DNA of 64,000 nt from Camelus dromedarius (lineage: Eukaryota). The stretch is taken from the NCBI RefSeq assembly GCF_036321535.1, contig NC_087438.1, positions 1,242,001 to 1,306,000 of the forward strand, written 5' to 3'. Under the pieces are notes generated by a model. It saw nothing but the letters and a program-made list of their open reading frames with translations, searched no databases and was not told the origin of the DNA. The position numbers and the translations under genes are program-made. This document shows positions 49,756-62,919 of the stretch, piece after piece. The stretch's first letter is position 1, and each line of letters opens with the position of its first letter.

Positions 49756-52700
49756 CCTTGGGGGCTTCCAGCCTCCTCTCCGTGTTGGGGAGAGACAGGT
49801 CCTTGCCAGGGCAGACGCAGAGCCTGGCCCCGCCCCCTGCACCTGAGGACCCGCTTCTGGTCCAAGCTTGCCTGTGACCTGCGCACCTGTCAGATGCAGT
49901 CAGGGGGTCTCAGGAGCCAGCAGCTCCAGGGAGCCAGGAGGTGGCTGGTCCCACAGGAACCTCTCATCACACGAGGCCCTGTGGCTGTGGGCGAGGGCCG
50001 GCGGGCAGCTCAGGGGGTGTGCCAGGGCTAGGCGAGGCTCTCCTCCACCCACCAGGGGTGTGAAATGCCCTCACACTGTGGAGACTGAGGAAGGTGTCCT
50101 CAGTGACTGTGTCTGTGACTTCAGGTCCAGAGGCACCGAATCCGGGGCTCGGGGTGGCTCCGGGGCACTCGCTGTCGTCTGGAGGAAGGTCGTGGGTGTC
50201 ATCACCTTCTCCGGGGCCAGCTGCAGCCTGTGCCCTTTACTTTTTTGTTCATCGAAGCCACGCAGGAGGCAGAGCAGAGATCCCGCCTGACAGACGAGGA
50301 GTCAGGAGGTCCGGGCGTCCAGGTACAGAGTGCCCAGGATTGTCTGAGCCACGAGGAGCCACGCCCCACCCCAGCGCTGGCCTGGTCCTAGCAGCCACGA
50401 GGGCTGGGGCCACGCATGGCTGAGCTGGTGGAGGCACAGGCAGACAGCCACCCGCCTATCTGTCTGTCCATCTGTGCTTTTATGGATTCTAATAATGATT
50501 CCAGAGAGATTTTGTCCCAGCGCACCACATTCTTTGTTGACTAGAAACGTCAGGTCTCTTAAGAAATCTGGGGAAAGCACATGGGTGTCTGCGAGCTGTA
50601 GACGTGGCCGAGGATAAGGGTGGGACACGGGCAGAGATGACGCAGACTCGCACCGGGGAGGTGCCTACACACGAGAGCAGGTGCAGACCACGCTGCTGCC
50701 AACGGGGATGACTCAGGTGCACCGTGGACACGGGTGCAGGCGCTGCGGCTACAGACGCAGACAGATGCCGTGGGACGTGGGCTCGCAGGCTGCCAGCGGA
50801 TTGGATGCGCACGGAGGCAGCCTCTGCTTCTCGTCGTGCGTCAGCCTCGTTAGCGCCGCTTGAACTTGGAGCCTAAAGAAGCACGGAAGCTTAGCACCCG
50901 AGCAGACCCTCTGAAGAACGGCGAGACCTAACCCCAACGTTGCAGGTCACTTCTGGTAAATCTTAGCAGGGAAATGAAGACACAGTGCCCGGAAACCACC
51001 CCATCCCGGCCAGTGACGTACCGACGCGCCAACGCGGGCAACAGCACAGTGGATGGGAGCCGGGTCGCCTGGGGGCTGGCCCTGCCCGCCATCTCCTGAG
51101 ACCCTCCCGAGAGCGGCTCCCAGGGCCCAGAGGGGATGGACGGCGGCCCAGGCCACAGGGTGGACGGGCGGCAGAGGTGGCCCCGGCCCCACCCCCTGCC
51201 GGCCCCACGGAGCCGGTCCTGCCGGTCTCAGGGTGCGGCCGGCCTGCCGGTGACGCGGGGCCCTGGCGAGACCAGATCACCCCCTCGGAGGACGGAGAAG
51301 CTGAGCAAACTCAGACACCCCAGCGGAACTGAACAAGCATTAGGAGCCAGCGAACAGCATTCAGGACGGTCACAAGGATGGCCAAGGCCAGAGGCTCCGA
51401 CCGGGCCGACTGGGTCGGAGAAAACCTCGCGTGTAACACATACCGAGACTACAAGCTGTCTTTTTTAAGGAGAACAAGGCAAAAGAAAAGACTGTTTCTA
51501 TTAACGAAGCTCGATTTCATCCCAAAAGAAGGTTTTTAAAATGGATGTGCACCATCGAAGCCTCCTGAACTGCTGGAAAGACCTCTCAGTGCGGAGCAAC
51601 ACGGACGGCGCCGGTGGGAGGGGCTGCGGTGACCGCACTGCTCAGCCCGCCGTGCCACCGTGCGGGTGCGCTCCGGAGCGGCACCAGGCTGTTCTGGGCT
51701 CGAGGAAGCCGCGGTGAGCGGTTCCGAGAAGGTTCTGTCCCCACCTGGGTTTAGTGCAGTGGGATGGGCCAGCAGAAAGCAGTGTGCCGACATACACAGG
51801 CACGCACACACGCGCACACTTAGCACCCGCACACACACGCACGCTGACGGGGCTAATGGCACCATTAAAGCCCAAAAGGCCTGGTGGGAGGGAAGGAGGG
51901 AGGGGAGGCTCCGAGCGTGGCTGTAGTGAGCTGGTCCCTGCCAGTGCGCTGGAGGGGAGCCGGGCGGGGACACCCCAGGGGCAGTTTCCGAGGCTCACAG
52001 GCCAGTCTCGCTCCATGTTCCAGAAACAGCAGGTGGTGATGTGGGTGCAGTCAGTCTGTCTGTCTGTCTGAGGAGCAGGGTGGAGAGAGGAGGGGCAGTG
52101 GGGGGGAGTGGGACACTGTAGCTGGTGAAGAAGTGGTTGTGCCCCAAGGTCAGGGGTAAGCTGGGCCAGCCGGTGCTGCGGGATCCCGGGGAGATGCTGG
52201 TGGCGTGGACCAGGGTGGCCCTGAGGACGAGGAGGAGGCCCCCTGGAGTCCAGACACTTTCTGAGGCCAAGCTGGCAGGGCTGCTGCTGGATGGGTGTGG
52301 CCGAGTGAGAGAACGGAGGAGAGTTCTGGGAGCTTCTGGTCCCCAACGGCCAGCATTCATGCTTCCATATTTACCGAGATGTGGGGAAACTGCCCTTCTG
52401 ACCTGGGCCTCCTAGCAGAGCTCCAGGGGGAGGCAGGGCTAAGACATGGTGCGGGCATCGCCCCGGAGACCAGCTGCCCAGGCGTGGGCGCAGGCACAGA
52501 CAGTCACGGAGGAGACGTGCACGAGGCTGGGAAAGGCCTGTCAAGCGCTCCCTTTCGTTAGAGAACAGAGCTAAGTAACTAAACAAAAGGAAAGAGGCTT
52601 ACGGTTTTTCTACTAAATGACCTGAGACAAAAACAACACGGACTTTGGAAGGAACGCCCACGACCTTGCAGGCAGGAGGGCCCTTGAGTCGCTCACGGGA

Positions 52701-53094
52701 AGAAGCGTGTTGGCGGTGAAGGGCGTTCTCAGTCCAGCTTCTCCCCGGTCATTTCCCTTCTCATCGCTAAGCTAGAGGGGAGACGGAGACGCTCAGACAC
52801 AATAGTGACAAAACTGGGCATAAAGTGTCCACTGAGCTGATACGAGGATATTGAAAACCTGAAATAACCTATATGTTTACCAGTGAAAGATTATTTTCAA
52901 AAAGTTCTCTCCATAAGGTGAGCTATTTTAAGACCAAGAGATATTATGGAGGAGTGTTTCATATCAGGAAGAACTCTTCACAGAGTTTTAGTTGAAACAA
53001 TGTACATTTAAAAAATTAAATACACATATTCTATAGGCAGAGGGAAAAACTGGAAGGAAATACATCACCATGAGAAGAGCAGTTGTTCCTGAGC

Positions 53095-53920
53095 CTGATT
53101 AAGGAACGTGCAGAAAGACTGAACAGAGCTTTTCCAGAAAGGAAATGCAGATGGCCACAGGCACGTGAAGAGATGCTGAACATCCCTAATTGTCAGGGAA
53201 ATGCAAGTCAAAACCACAATGAAACATGGCTTCACACCTGTCCAGATGGCCACCATCAAAAAGCCTGCAAATAACAAATGCTGGAGAGGCTGCGGAGGAA
53301 AGGGAGCCTCCTGCGCTGCTGGTGGGAATGCAGGCTGGTGCAGCCACTGTGGAGAACAGTCTGGAGGTTTCTCAGAAAACTAAAAATAGACATATGACCC
53401 AGCAACTCCACTCCTGGGTCCAAAAGAAACAAAAACACTAATTCAGAAAGATACATGCACCCCAATGTTCATAGCAGCACTATTTACGATCTCCAAGATA
53501 TGGAAGCAGCCTAAGTGCCCGTCAACATGCAAATAAAGAAGGTGTAGAGCATGTACACGATGGAATATTACTCAGCCACAAAAAAGAACAAAATGTTGAC
53601 ATTAGCAGCAACATGGGTGGACTTGGAAGGCATTATGCTAAGTGAAATACGTCAGACAGACAAATGCGGTAGGAGATCGCTTATATGTGGAATCTAAAAA
53701 ATACAACAAACTAGTGACCACAACAAAAACACAGCAGACTCACAGAGACAGAAGACAGGCTGGTTCTAGTGGTTACCAGTGTGTGGGGAGGGGCAAGTAG
53801 GGGTGGGCGAGGGGGGGCACAAGCTGTCGGGTGTCAGGCTGGGCTGCACAACACAGGAATGGGGCCAACAGTTTGTAATAACTGTAAATGGAAAGTAGCC
53901 ATCAAAAACTGTACACAACT
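53095..53920 (+). mobile_element. 5'-truncated L1 (L1MA9/artiodactyl-type) ORF2 C-terminus + 3' UTR
   Basis: CAGGGAAATGCAAGTCAAAACCACAATGA, CAGCCACTGTGGAGAACAGTCTGGAGGTTTCTC and GATACATGCACCCCAATGTTCATAGCAGCACTATTTAC are canonical L1 3' ORF2 sequence. It appears inserted into an older L1ME 3' UTR (CTGGAAGGAAATACA...). Confidence 0.92.
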
Positions 53921-53989
53921 TTTTTTTTTTTTAAAAGACAGCGTTGTGTCTGGTGGGGAATTTCAGGCGGCGACACATTCCTCCCTTCT

Positions 53990-54300
53990 CCTTGCCGGGC
54001 TGTGTGTTGTGGTGTTTCTTCTTTGCTTTGGCTGTATTTGTTGTTCTCTTTGAGGATAATCAAATAGATATTTTTTGTTTCTTTTCATCTTTAGAAGCTT
54101 TTAGAGTTTTTCATTCATTCTTGGAAATCAGATTTTACCAGGGAGCGCCAAAGTAGGGGTCTCCTGATGGGTCCTTCAGCCTAGATACGTCTCTATTTCT
54201 TGAGTTCTGAGGAGTTTTCTGCCATCAGTTCTTCCTGGAAGCTCCCGCTGCCCCTCCTGGCTTGGTCTCGCTCACCAGTCCAAGCTCTTCAGAAGCCACC
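53990..54300 (-). mobile_element. Old L1M/HAL1-like fragment
   Basis: T-rich AGAAGCTTTTAGAGTTTTTCATTCATTCTTGGAAATC...AGTTCTGAGGAGTTTTCTGCCAT pattern typical of antisense ancient L1. Confidence 0.4.
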
Positions 54301-54342
54301 AAGCTACTTAGCTTCTCATTTTGTTACTTGTTTCTTCTTCTG

Positions 54343-54478
54343 TTTTTAAAATTAATTTATTTTTTTTGGGGGGGGGTAACTTATTTCATATATTTATTTT
54401 TAGTGGGGGTGCAGGGGCTGAGCCCGGGACCTGATGCACACTAAGCACACGCTCTACCACCTGAGCTGCGCCCTCCCC
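54343..54478 (-). mobile_element. tRNA-derived camelid SINE (Vic-1-like)
   Basis: Minus strand GGGGAGGGCGCAGCTCAGGTGGTAGAGCGTGTGCTTAGTGTGCATCAGGTCCCGGGCTCAGCCCCTGCACC, then an AT-rich linker, C-run and A-rich tail; approximate TSD ACTTGTTTCTT/ACTTCTTTGTT. Confidence 0.85.
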
Positions 54479-54680
54479 ACTTCTTTGTTTTTGTTTTTGG
54501 TGTTAGGGCGGGCGTTGGGGGAGAATTACCTGTGGCAGGTTTCCCATTTTACACATTTTTGGTGTGCACTTTCCTCTGATTTCTTTGCTATTTCTATCCA
54601 GTGCTTCTTTGAATTTCATTGATGTACCAACATAGAAGTCGATGCTGCCTCCTGTCTTCCAGTTCCGTGATGGGGTGCAC

Positions 54681-55049
54681 AAACGCGGACTGAACGCCTG
54701 CCCTCCGAGGTTCTCTGAGGCTCTAACCCCCAGTGAGACGGCGTTAGGAGGCCGGGCCTCTGGGAGGTGACGGGACTGAGATGAAGCTGTGCGGGTGGCG
54801 CCCTCGTGATGGGTTGGTGTCCTTATAAGAAGAAAAGAGAATCAGATCTGCCTCTCCCGCCCTGTGAGGTCACGGCAAGAGGGTGGCCATCCACAATCCA
54901 AGACACAGGACGCAGCCAGACGCCAAGTCTGCCCCCGCCTCGCGCTTGGGCTCTCGGCCCCCGGCCTGCGGGAAGCGAGTGCTCATGGCTTAAGCGCCCC
55001 CGTCTGGGGTCTGTGGTGTTTGTTTTAGTAGCTTGAACAGACTGAGACG
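54681..55049 (+). mobile_element. Solo LTR, ERVL-MaLR MLT1A-like
   Basis: GGACTGAACG...CTAACCCCCAGTGAGACGG...GGGCCTCTGGGAGGTGA...CCCTCGTGATGGG...CCTTATAAGAAGA...; ends GAACAGACTGAGACG. Confidence 0.85.
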
Positions 55050-55494
55050 CACGCAAAGTGTTCCGAGGGGTCAAGGTTTTCAACAAGCACCTTTGGTCAG
55101 TGATGGAGCCTGTTCTATGGAGCTAACAGCTCTGGGAATGGCCAGTTGGGGGCTTTTGCAGAGAAGAGAAGGGACTTGGGAACCGTGGCAACCAGCGTAA
55201 TACAGATTTGCGTACAACCAGTCAGACGGTTTGGAAGAAGCTGTCGAGCAAGAAGTCAGCAGCAGCCGGACTGAGGGCTCCACAGGACGCTGCGCCCGAA
55301 GTGAATGTCCTTTCTCGGCGAGTCTACAAGGGAGCCTGGTGCCAGATGTGGCGGGTCTGCAGTTTTGAAGGTCTGGGAGAAAGCGTCTCATGGTGTTCCT
55401 GAGAGCATCACCATGAAGTGATGCCATAAAGGGTATCAGACTTAGGTGCCTGAAGACTGAACCGCTGAATTCAGGGACTATCAGTTTAAAAAGT

Positions 55495-55575
55495 TTATTT
55501 TACTTTTTAAAATTCTTATTTTAATTTTTTTCCCCAGTTTGATTGAGGGGTACTTGACACGCAGTGTTATGTTAC
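55495..55575 (-). mobile_element. Very short L1 3' terminus with T-rich tail
   Basis: T-rich tract followed by TTGATTGAGGGGTACTTGACACGCAGTGTTATGTT (cf. TTTATTGAGGTATAATTGACATACAACATT). Confidence 0.5.
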
Positions 55576-58500
55576 CTGAGATTTAAAGCTAGGTTTGCAG
55601 AAGTCGGGTCCAGCGAAGGCGCGGTGTCGACCACAGGTTAAGCACAAGCCAGCGTCATGATGTGGTAAAACATCTTCAGCGTCGTTGCCGTGGGGCCATG
55701 ATGCTGAGATCAGAAAAGGAGAGCAAATGAATGTTCTTTGACTACTTGAAGTGAATCTGTGACTAAATAAATGCGTTCATGCATAATTTCCTCAAAGAAA
55801 AATGAAGATGGGCATTTCTGTTGCATGGAAAGTGTTAGAAGTCATAATTTGGGGTCACAAAAATCTACTTGTTTGGCAAAAGTTGTTAAAGAGACAGCGA
55901 GCTGTTTTGTTGCCTGTGTGGTGAGAACAGTGTAGTCCAAGCTTGTGTTCAGCACTGCTGACCAAGAGCCTCCTGGGGCTCCACCGGCGCCCCAAACCCT
56001 GCGGGCTGGGTCTTGGTGGAGACGTCCTTCCGACAGGGTTGGGGCTGAGATGCTTTGCCCAGACTCTGTGCACCTGCGCCGACGGCCATGGCCTTAGAAG
56101 GACCTGACCCCCTCCCTGGTTTCTGCAGGATGCATTTCCAAATGTCTTGATGAGAATGGTCTCACTGCTGTTTCTCACCTGTGCTGTGGGAACTGGAAGA
56201 CGGAGCCAAGGAGCTTGGTGTCTGCGTCCCAGGTCCACCACCAACCGACCAGAGGAGCGGCTGGTGAAAATCAGAGTTTGTGCACAGCTGCCCTCACCCC
56301 AATCTTGAAATTAGGAGAATGGATCAATCGTAGGATTGAGGACCAACAGGTTGTGTTAGCTCCGTGTCTAGAACGTGGAATTTGATTTCAAAATTGACTT
56401 CATTTCCTCATCTGCCTCATGAGGCCTGTCTTGCAGGAGCTCCTTCTGGTCGTCCTCCAGGCCGACCGCTCTGGGTTAAGTGCTCCGCTCTGTGTGGCCC
56501 CGCAGCTCTGGAAATCGCCCTCCTCCTTCTGCTGGACTATCCCCGGGGCAGCATTTTGCCCCATTTTTTTCTAGCCTTCATTTGATCCTAAGGGATCCAT
56601 TCCATATTCTGTACGTATTCAGAGCCACAAGCACCCTGCTGGGTTCTTTTTAAAAACTGCATTTGTGGTTTGGAATACTGAGCAAGGAGGTTTTGACATC
56701 TGTAACCAGCGTGAGTTGGTTTGGTACATTTCTAAGGTGCTTCCTCCAAATCCATCTGTGGTCATCATCTGCCAGATAATCCACCAGTAATGAGTCCACT
56801 GTCTTGGGATCAATTCTGTTGTATCGTTAGCATGATCAACATAATCACATAATGACAAGACTGATGCCAGGTAATTCTTCCTGAAGGAATGGCTCATGGG
56901 GGAACCTGGGCGGCTGCCTGGCCATCAGGTGGCGATGAGGGTGCACACACCTTCACCAGCGGCACAGGGGGAGCTCTGTTGTCTCCTGTTAGCAGGCTTA
57001 GACTCGTGCCTTCAAAACATACCTCAGACTCTTCCCACACTTCCTACGTTTGCATTAACCGAGCACAGTTTTCCGTGGCTGTCTTGACTGGTTCAATCGG
57101 AATCTCATCTTTGGCTGTTGCTTCACCAGTGGAGGACTGAGGGTCCAGGTGTGCGGGCACCTGTACCGTGCAGTGGCCGGGTGCTGGGGGTCAGCTGCCC
57201 GCAAGTGCACCTGCAGTGCTGAGGAAAAACAAGGTCACCCAAAATCCACTCAGAAGTCAGTGCCGATTGCCAGGGTCTGCTTGCACAAACCAGGCAAGCT
57301 TCCGAGGCCAAGAACAAGCCAAGAGGACATTAAAATGCCCTCAAGCCCCCGTAAGCCGTGGGGAGTGTGTCTTCCGCTTTGATGACCAGCAGGACCGAGG
57401 TGAACGGCTGACTGCCACCTGCTCAGGCAGCCCGGGCGCCCTGTCCTGGGGTGGGACCCTCGAGCTCAGCGGGTCCCCAGGGCTCAGCGTGCGAAAGCGC
57501 CTGGCGTGTCTTCTTTGGCTAAAGGACGGAAAGGTGCTAGGTGGTGCGTGGTCAGCTTTCCCGTGGCCCTCACTGGTCCTGCGTCTTCAGGATGCGAGGG
57601 CCAGCACCTGGCGCACCAACAGAATCCACGCCAGGCGCTGTCTCAGCGTCGGCGCAGACGAGGGTGTGGGTCCGGGAAACCCCCGAGGCGGGGCGTCACA
57701 GCACCCTGGAATTTTCTGTTGAAAAACAGATCTCTTCCCATTCGCTCACTTACACTGTTATTCTGATTAACTGTTAATTAGGATAATTGTGGGGCTAACG
57801 GGCTAGGTCTGAGTTACACGTGACAGCCCCCAGCGCATCTCTGCAGCCCCGCCCTCACTGGCTCCGCGGCTGAGAGCCGGGTCACATGCCCAGGGCTCTG
57901 CCTCCGTCCCTCCTCAGAAGCAGCCCTCTCCTCCCCGCTGTCTCTCGAGGGCAAACGTTTTAGTTCAAAGAGTGTGACTTCCGGCATAAAGCCATCCTGC
58001 GCATTTGGACGCAGGCCCCCTGACTCTGCTGTTTCACGGGAACCGCGTCCTTCCGCGGAGCCCCACCGGCCGCTCTTCGACACGCTCCGCTAACCTAATA
58101 GCTCCCTATTACTGGCTGCAGTTCAGCATCTGAGCCAGGAGCGGGCCGAGACAAGGGGAGAGGAGAGTGTGAATTACACGGGGTAGCGGGGAACAAAGGG
58201 TTTCTTTCTCCCGAGTGCAGCCCTGTGCTAGGGAAGCGAGAAGACAGCGGTGTCACTAATTTAATTAAGTGTGTGAGGTTTCAGGGTCCACAAATGCCAG
58301 AAAGAAGGGGATTACTCAAGAGCAGGTGACAAAAATGAACGGTCACACACAATGTTCGCGTTTTCAACAATCCGACACAGTCGAGTGGAATCAAGGGCTC
58401 TTCAGACGGGGCACGGCTTTGCTTGCTAAACCCCAGCGACCCACGCCTACCTGACAACGCGAGGCTTGCTCTCGCCGGGCAGCACTCTGCCCTCTTCTCC

Positions 58501-59812
58501 TGCTGTAATCAGGGCTCCCAAGTGAGAGGGTAAAGGAGCTGGCTTACCGACTGGAGGCTCTGTGTACGCCCCTTTCTCTGGGTGAGAAACAAGAGATGCT
58601 GTTGGGGAGTCTTAGAGCATCTTTGGAGAGACCCTCAGCGCTTGCTAGATATCAAATATGTCACAATCCAGACTGGTGGCTGACCGCGGGGCCCCATGGG
58701 GACACGCGGCCCGTGGCTGGCACTGTGGAGGGAGATGCGCTAACTCCTGTGGCCGGAAGGGCGGGGATGCAGACCGAGCACCCAGACACACACGCGTGCC
58801 TGTCCGGAGGCCGCCCGAGGGCGCGCGTGGCACCTCTTAGAAAACAACACCCATTGTATAACCTGGGCAGGAAGGAGCACGGGGATTTTCTGCTTGTGCC
58901 CGGGGGACACCCAGCCCTGTGCCGCTGCCGCGTGCCGGGGGACACCCAGGGTTTAGAGGGCCTTGGGGAGGCTGGACTCCGCTTCCAAGTCAGTTTACTG
59001 AGTTGAATTTGTGTCTGGCACGCTGCTCATTCACATGTGAAGGAACTTTCGGAGCTTTTCTCAAATTCCCGAAAGTGCTTGCCAGTCATTCTACAGTCTC
59101 TGAAGAGTTTAAGCAGCGTTCAGAAAAGTCGGCTCGACCCCCTGGTTCCCTGTATCACGGACTCTGGGTGTGGTGGGAGAGCTTAGCTTGCTGTCCTCAT
59201 TTTCAGGAATCCTGAATCAGAGAGATGAGGCTGGTGCAGTTCTGCTGGTCAGGCGGCCCTTAAGCTCTGCTGTGAGCTCGTGGGCGGGCATTTGGCGTCT
59301 GCACGCCTGAGTGTCAGCCGCTCAGCAGTGCAGCGGCTCCCACTGGAGAACCTGCCCTGCAGCTGAAAGACGACACAGAATCACCAAGTTCTTTCTAAAC
59401 TCCAGACGCCTGTAGCAGTCTACAATTATTTTCCTGGGGAAGGTCTGAAGCTTTTGAACATTTGTTACATGTGCTTGAGGACGGCCTAGGGGTTTCAGGC
59501 AACGCCGCGCTGCTCCCCTCCGTGCCGCACGCATGTCCTAAGTACGAAGGACGGAGCGGTGTCCAAAGCGTTTTGGTTACTGGCACAGTCTCACTGTTAG
59601 AGGACCTTTCAGGGCAACGGAAGAGGAAGACGTTAAGGAAGACATGCTTCTGGCAACAGCAAAGGGGTCGCATGAAACTTGTTTCAGAGCAGGTTTTTGT
59701 ATCTGAACGTTCTTGGGCCCCCAGTTCCCCGGGCACGTGGGGAGCTCAGCCTCCCACACGCCGCCCCCACCGGACCCGACTACGGACTGAGAGGTTCCGA
59801 CTCTAGTTTTCT

Positions 59813-60928
59813 GTCTATTTATTTGTTTATCTATATTTATTTATTTATTAGTAATTTTTTATGGAAGTAGCATTGACTCACAATGTTGTGTTAGTTTCTG
59901 GTGTAGACATAGTGATTCATTTGCACACTCATATGTATTCCTGTTCAGATTCTTTTTCATTCTGGGTTATTACAAGCTATTGAATGCAGTTCCTGGGGCT
60001 GCACAGTAGGACCTTGTTGTTTATCTATTTTATGTACAGTAGTTTATAGCTGCTAATCCCAGACTCCTAATTTATCCCTCCCCACCTTTGTGCCTTTGGT
60101 AACCATAAGTTTGTTTTCTATGTCTGTGAATCTGTTTCTGTTTTGTAAATACGTTCACTTGTCTTTGTTTTTTAGATTCCACGTATGAGTGATATCACAC
60201 GGTATTTTTCTTTCTCTCTCTGGTTTACTTCACTCAGAATGACCATCTCCAGGTCCATCCATGTTGCAGCAAATGGCATTATTTTTACTTTTTTATGGCT
60301 GAGTAGTATTCTATTGTATAAATATACCGTAGCTTCTTTATCCAGTCATCTGTCGATGGACATTTAGGTTGTTTCCATGTCTTGGCTATTGTAAATAGTT
60401 CTTCTATGAACACTGGAGTGCAGGTGTCTTTTTGAATTAGAGTTTTCTCTGGATTCATGCCGAAGAGTGGAATTCCTGTGTCATAGGGTAAGTCTATTTT
60501 TAGTTTTTTGAGGAATCTCCACACTGTTTTCCATAATGGCTGCACCAAACTACATTCCCACCAGCAGGGTAGGAGGGTTCCCTTTTCTCCACAGCCTCTC
60601 CAGCATTTATCATTTGTGGACTTGTGAATGATGGCCATTCTGACTGGTGTGAGGTGATACCTCGTCATTTTGATTTGCATTTCTCTGATAATTAGCGATA
60701 CTGAGCATCTTTTCATGTGCCTATTGGCCATCTGGATGTCTTCTTTGGAGAAATGTCTATTTAGGTCTTTTGCCCATGTTTTGATTGGGTTGTTTGTTAT
60801 TGAGTTGTGTGAGCTGTTTGTATATTTTGGAAACTGAGCCCTTGTCAGTCACATTATTTACAAATATCTTCTCCCAGTCTTAAGTTGTCCTTTTGTTTTA
60901 TTTATGGTTTCTTTGCTGTGAAAAAGAT
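59813..60928 (-). mobile_element. Relatively young 5'-truncated L1 (artiodactyl/camelid-type), ~1.1 kb, with 14-bp TSD
   Basis: ORF 60285..60731 [10 protein letters not shown]...[18 protein letters not shown]...[15 protein letters not shown] is the L1 ORF2p C-terminal domain. (TTTA)n tail at 59813-59860; identical GACTCTAGTTTTCT at 59799-59812 and 60929-60942. Confidence 0.95.
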
Positions 60929-62919
60929 GACTCTAGTTTTCTTACTTCCTTTATGCTCTTGGAGAAATGACAGAGGCCCTCCTTCCTCAGTTAATAAGGT
61001 CTGGACTCAGTGGTGCCAGCTCGGCGAGGGCACCTGAGAATGGCTCTCTCGTTCATTCACTGAGTGCGAGGGGCCTCGCTGCCCTGTGGCCCTGGTGGGG
61101 GCGGCCCCACCGGCAGAGTGGCTCCGAGCAGGGCAGCTGAGCACACAGGTGGCGATGAAGACCAGGGCCGAGGGGCCTCGCTCTGGCCGCCCCAGCGCTG
61201 CTCCTGCATCCATGCAGGTCTGACTCAGAGCTGGCGGATCCCAGACACTGGAAGGGGCACCCAGGACCAGCCTTGGTTTCTTTAGAAGAGAATTCAGAGG
61301 ATGGCAGAGATGTAGCAGAACTTGAGTTGTGACCATGTGTCTCCGCAGCAAAGGGGGATGTGTTAGGGTCGCCCTGCTGGGAGGCGGGCATGTGGCTCCA
61401 GACCCCGCTTCCAAGATAGATGCGCCTCTTTCCAGTCCCTGACATTCCCGGCCACGTCCTCCCGAGATGCTCAGGGACCCTGACAGCAGGGGCTCTGCTC
61501 TGAGAAGGACACAGGCGGATGGACGGAGCTGGAGCTTTGGTGTTGATCAGGCGTTGGGCCCAGCGGGGACTCGTCAGGGGAGGCGTACAGAGGGGGCAGG
61601 ACGCTGCACACCCCCCAACCCCCGCCCCGAGCTCAGGTCCAGATTCAAGCACTGGAGCCACTTCTGTCTGGCAGGAGGAGAAGACAGGAAACTCTGGAAG
61701 CGTCAGACCGACTTGGCTGAAGTCGGTCTTCCGGGTGGTCGGGCACTGTGGGGAGCGGAAACGCGCACCTGCCTTCATGCCGACCTCGGTCACTCCTGCC
61801 TCTGCCCCGGGGGCTGGAAGCATGGGGCCAGGTCTCCCCCTCTCCCGAAGGAGCCCTGGCCGCTCTCTGAGACGGAGGAGACGTGGGTGTCAGGCCCACC
61901 AGCAAGCAGCCCCGGAAACCTCTGTCTGTCTGTTTCACCCTGGTCTGCCTGGCTCCCAGCTGCCTGCTTGCCGGGACACCGATCAGAAAATCCGCAGCTG
62001 AAACAGAAGGCCAGGACCCGTCGGAGGTCCACTAAGGATGCTCCAAGACCCACCTCCACGTTCCCAGTGCCCTTGAGCGTCCTTCCCCTGTGTTCCCGGG
62101 TGAGATTCCTTTTTCGTTAATTCCATGTCTGTTTCCTTCTCGTTCTTTTCGGGTTGAACACTAGGAAGCAAAGACCAGATTTCAGGTGCCGACCCCACTG
62201 ACCCTGAGAGCCGGAAGGGGTCTCTGGGCCCCTTGGGCCTGCTGCATGTGGAGGGGGGCCTTTCCTGCCCTGGTGAGCGCCCCCAGGACACCCCCAGGCC
62301 CAGAAGGCCCTGTGCCCTCCGACCACACCTCCCAGTTCTCCCAGCCCCCTGTCTCCAGCAGGGATTGTCGTGGAGCTTTGGGATCTTCAGATAGAGAAGA
62401 GTCTGGAATCTGGTTAAGACGTTTTGTTATAAACGATGTATAGAGACTTGAAAGTTACTGGGACTTTTACAGATTTCCTCTGTGATTTAAAACTTCTTCC
62501 CTGGCAGATTTTTTTGTTGCCATTTTTAATAGACTTAGAGCCCCTTTTATCTTTCTGACATCTTTGTGACTACAGTTGCACACAAGTCTGAGAAATTTTG
62601 CTTTACTTTAAACCAGCATTTTCTAGACAGTTTGTTTAGAAATGATCAGTTATTGATTTCAACTCAAAACAAATAGCTCGTGTATAACACTCGTGTCTGG
62701 GAGGGCAGGGCTCCGTCAGGCGTCCAGGGGGCTCCAGTGCCTCTCCCGTTTTTCTGATAAAACATCCCTGGAGGAGGGTGGCCCTGCCCTCTCACTGGCC
62801 CGCTGGACAGGGACCCACTGGGTAGAGCCCAGGCTGCTGGGAGGGGCTGCCCGGCTCTGGGTCCGCACACACTCAGGGTGCAGCCAGGTTGCACAGAATG
62901 TGTCCTTGTTCATTAGGCT

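Noticed and set aside
54400..54478. tRNA gene
   Set aside because: tRNA-like head of a SINE with a mutated B box, an AT-rich tail and TSD-like flanks; no intact cloverleaf.
60285..60731. 148-aa ORF with real protein similarity
   Set aside because: L1 ORF2p C-terminal fragment of a 5'-truncated element, not a host gene.
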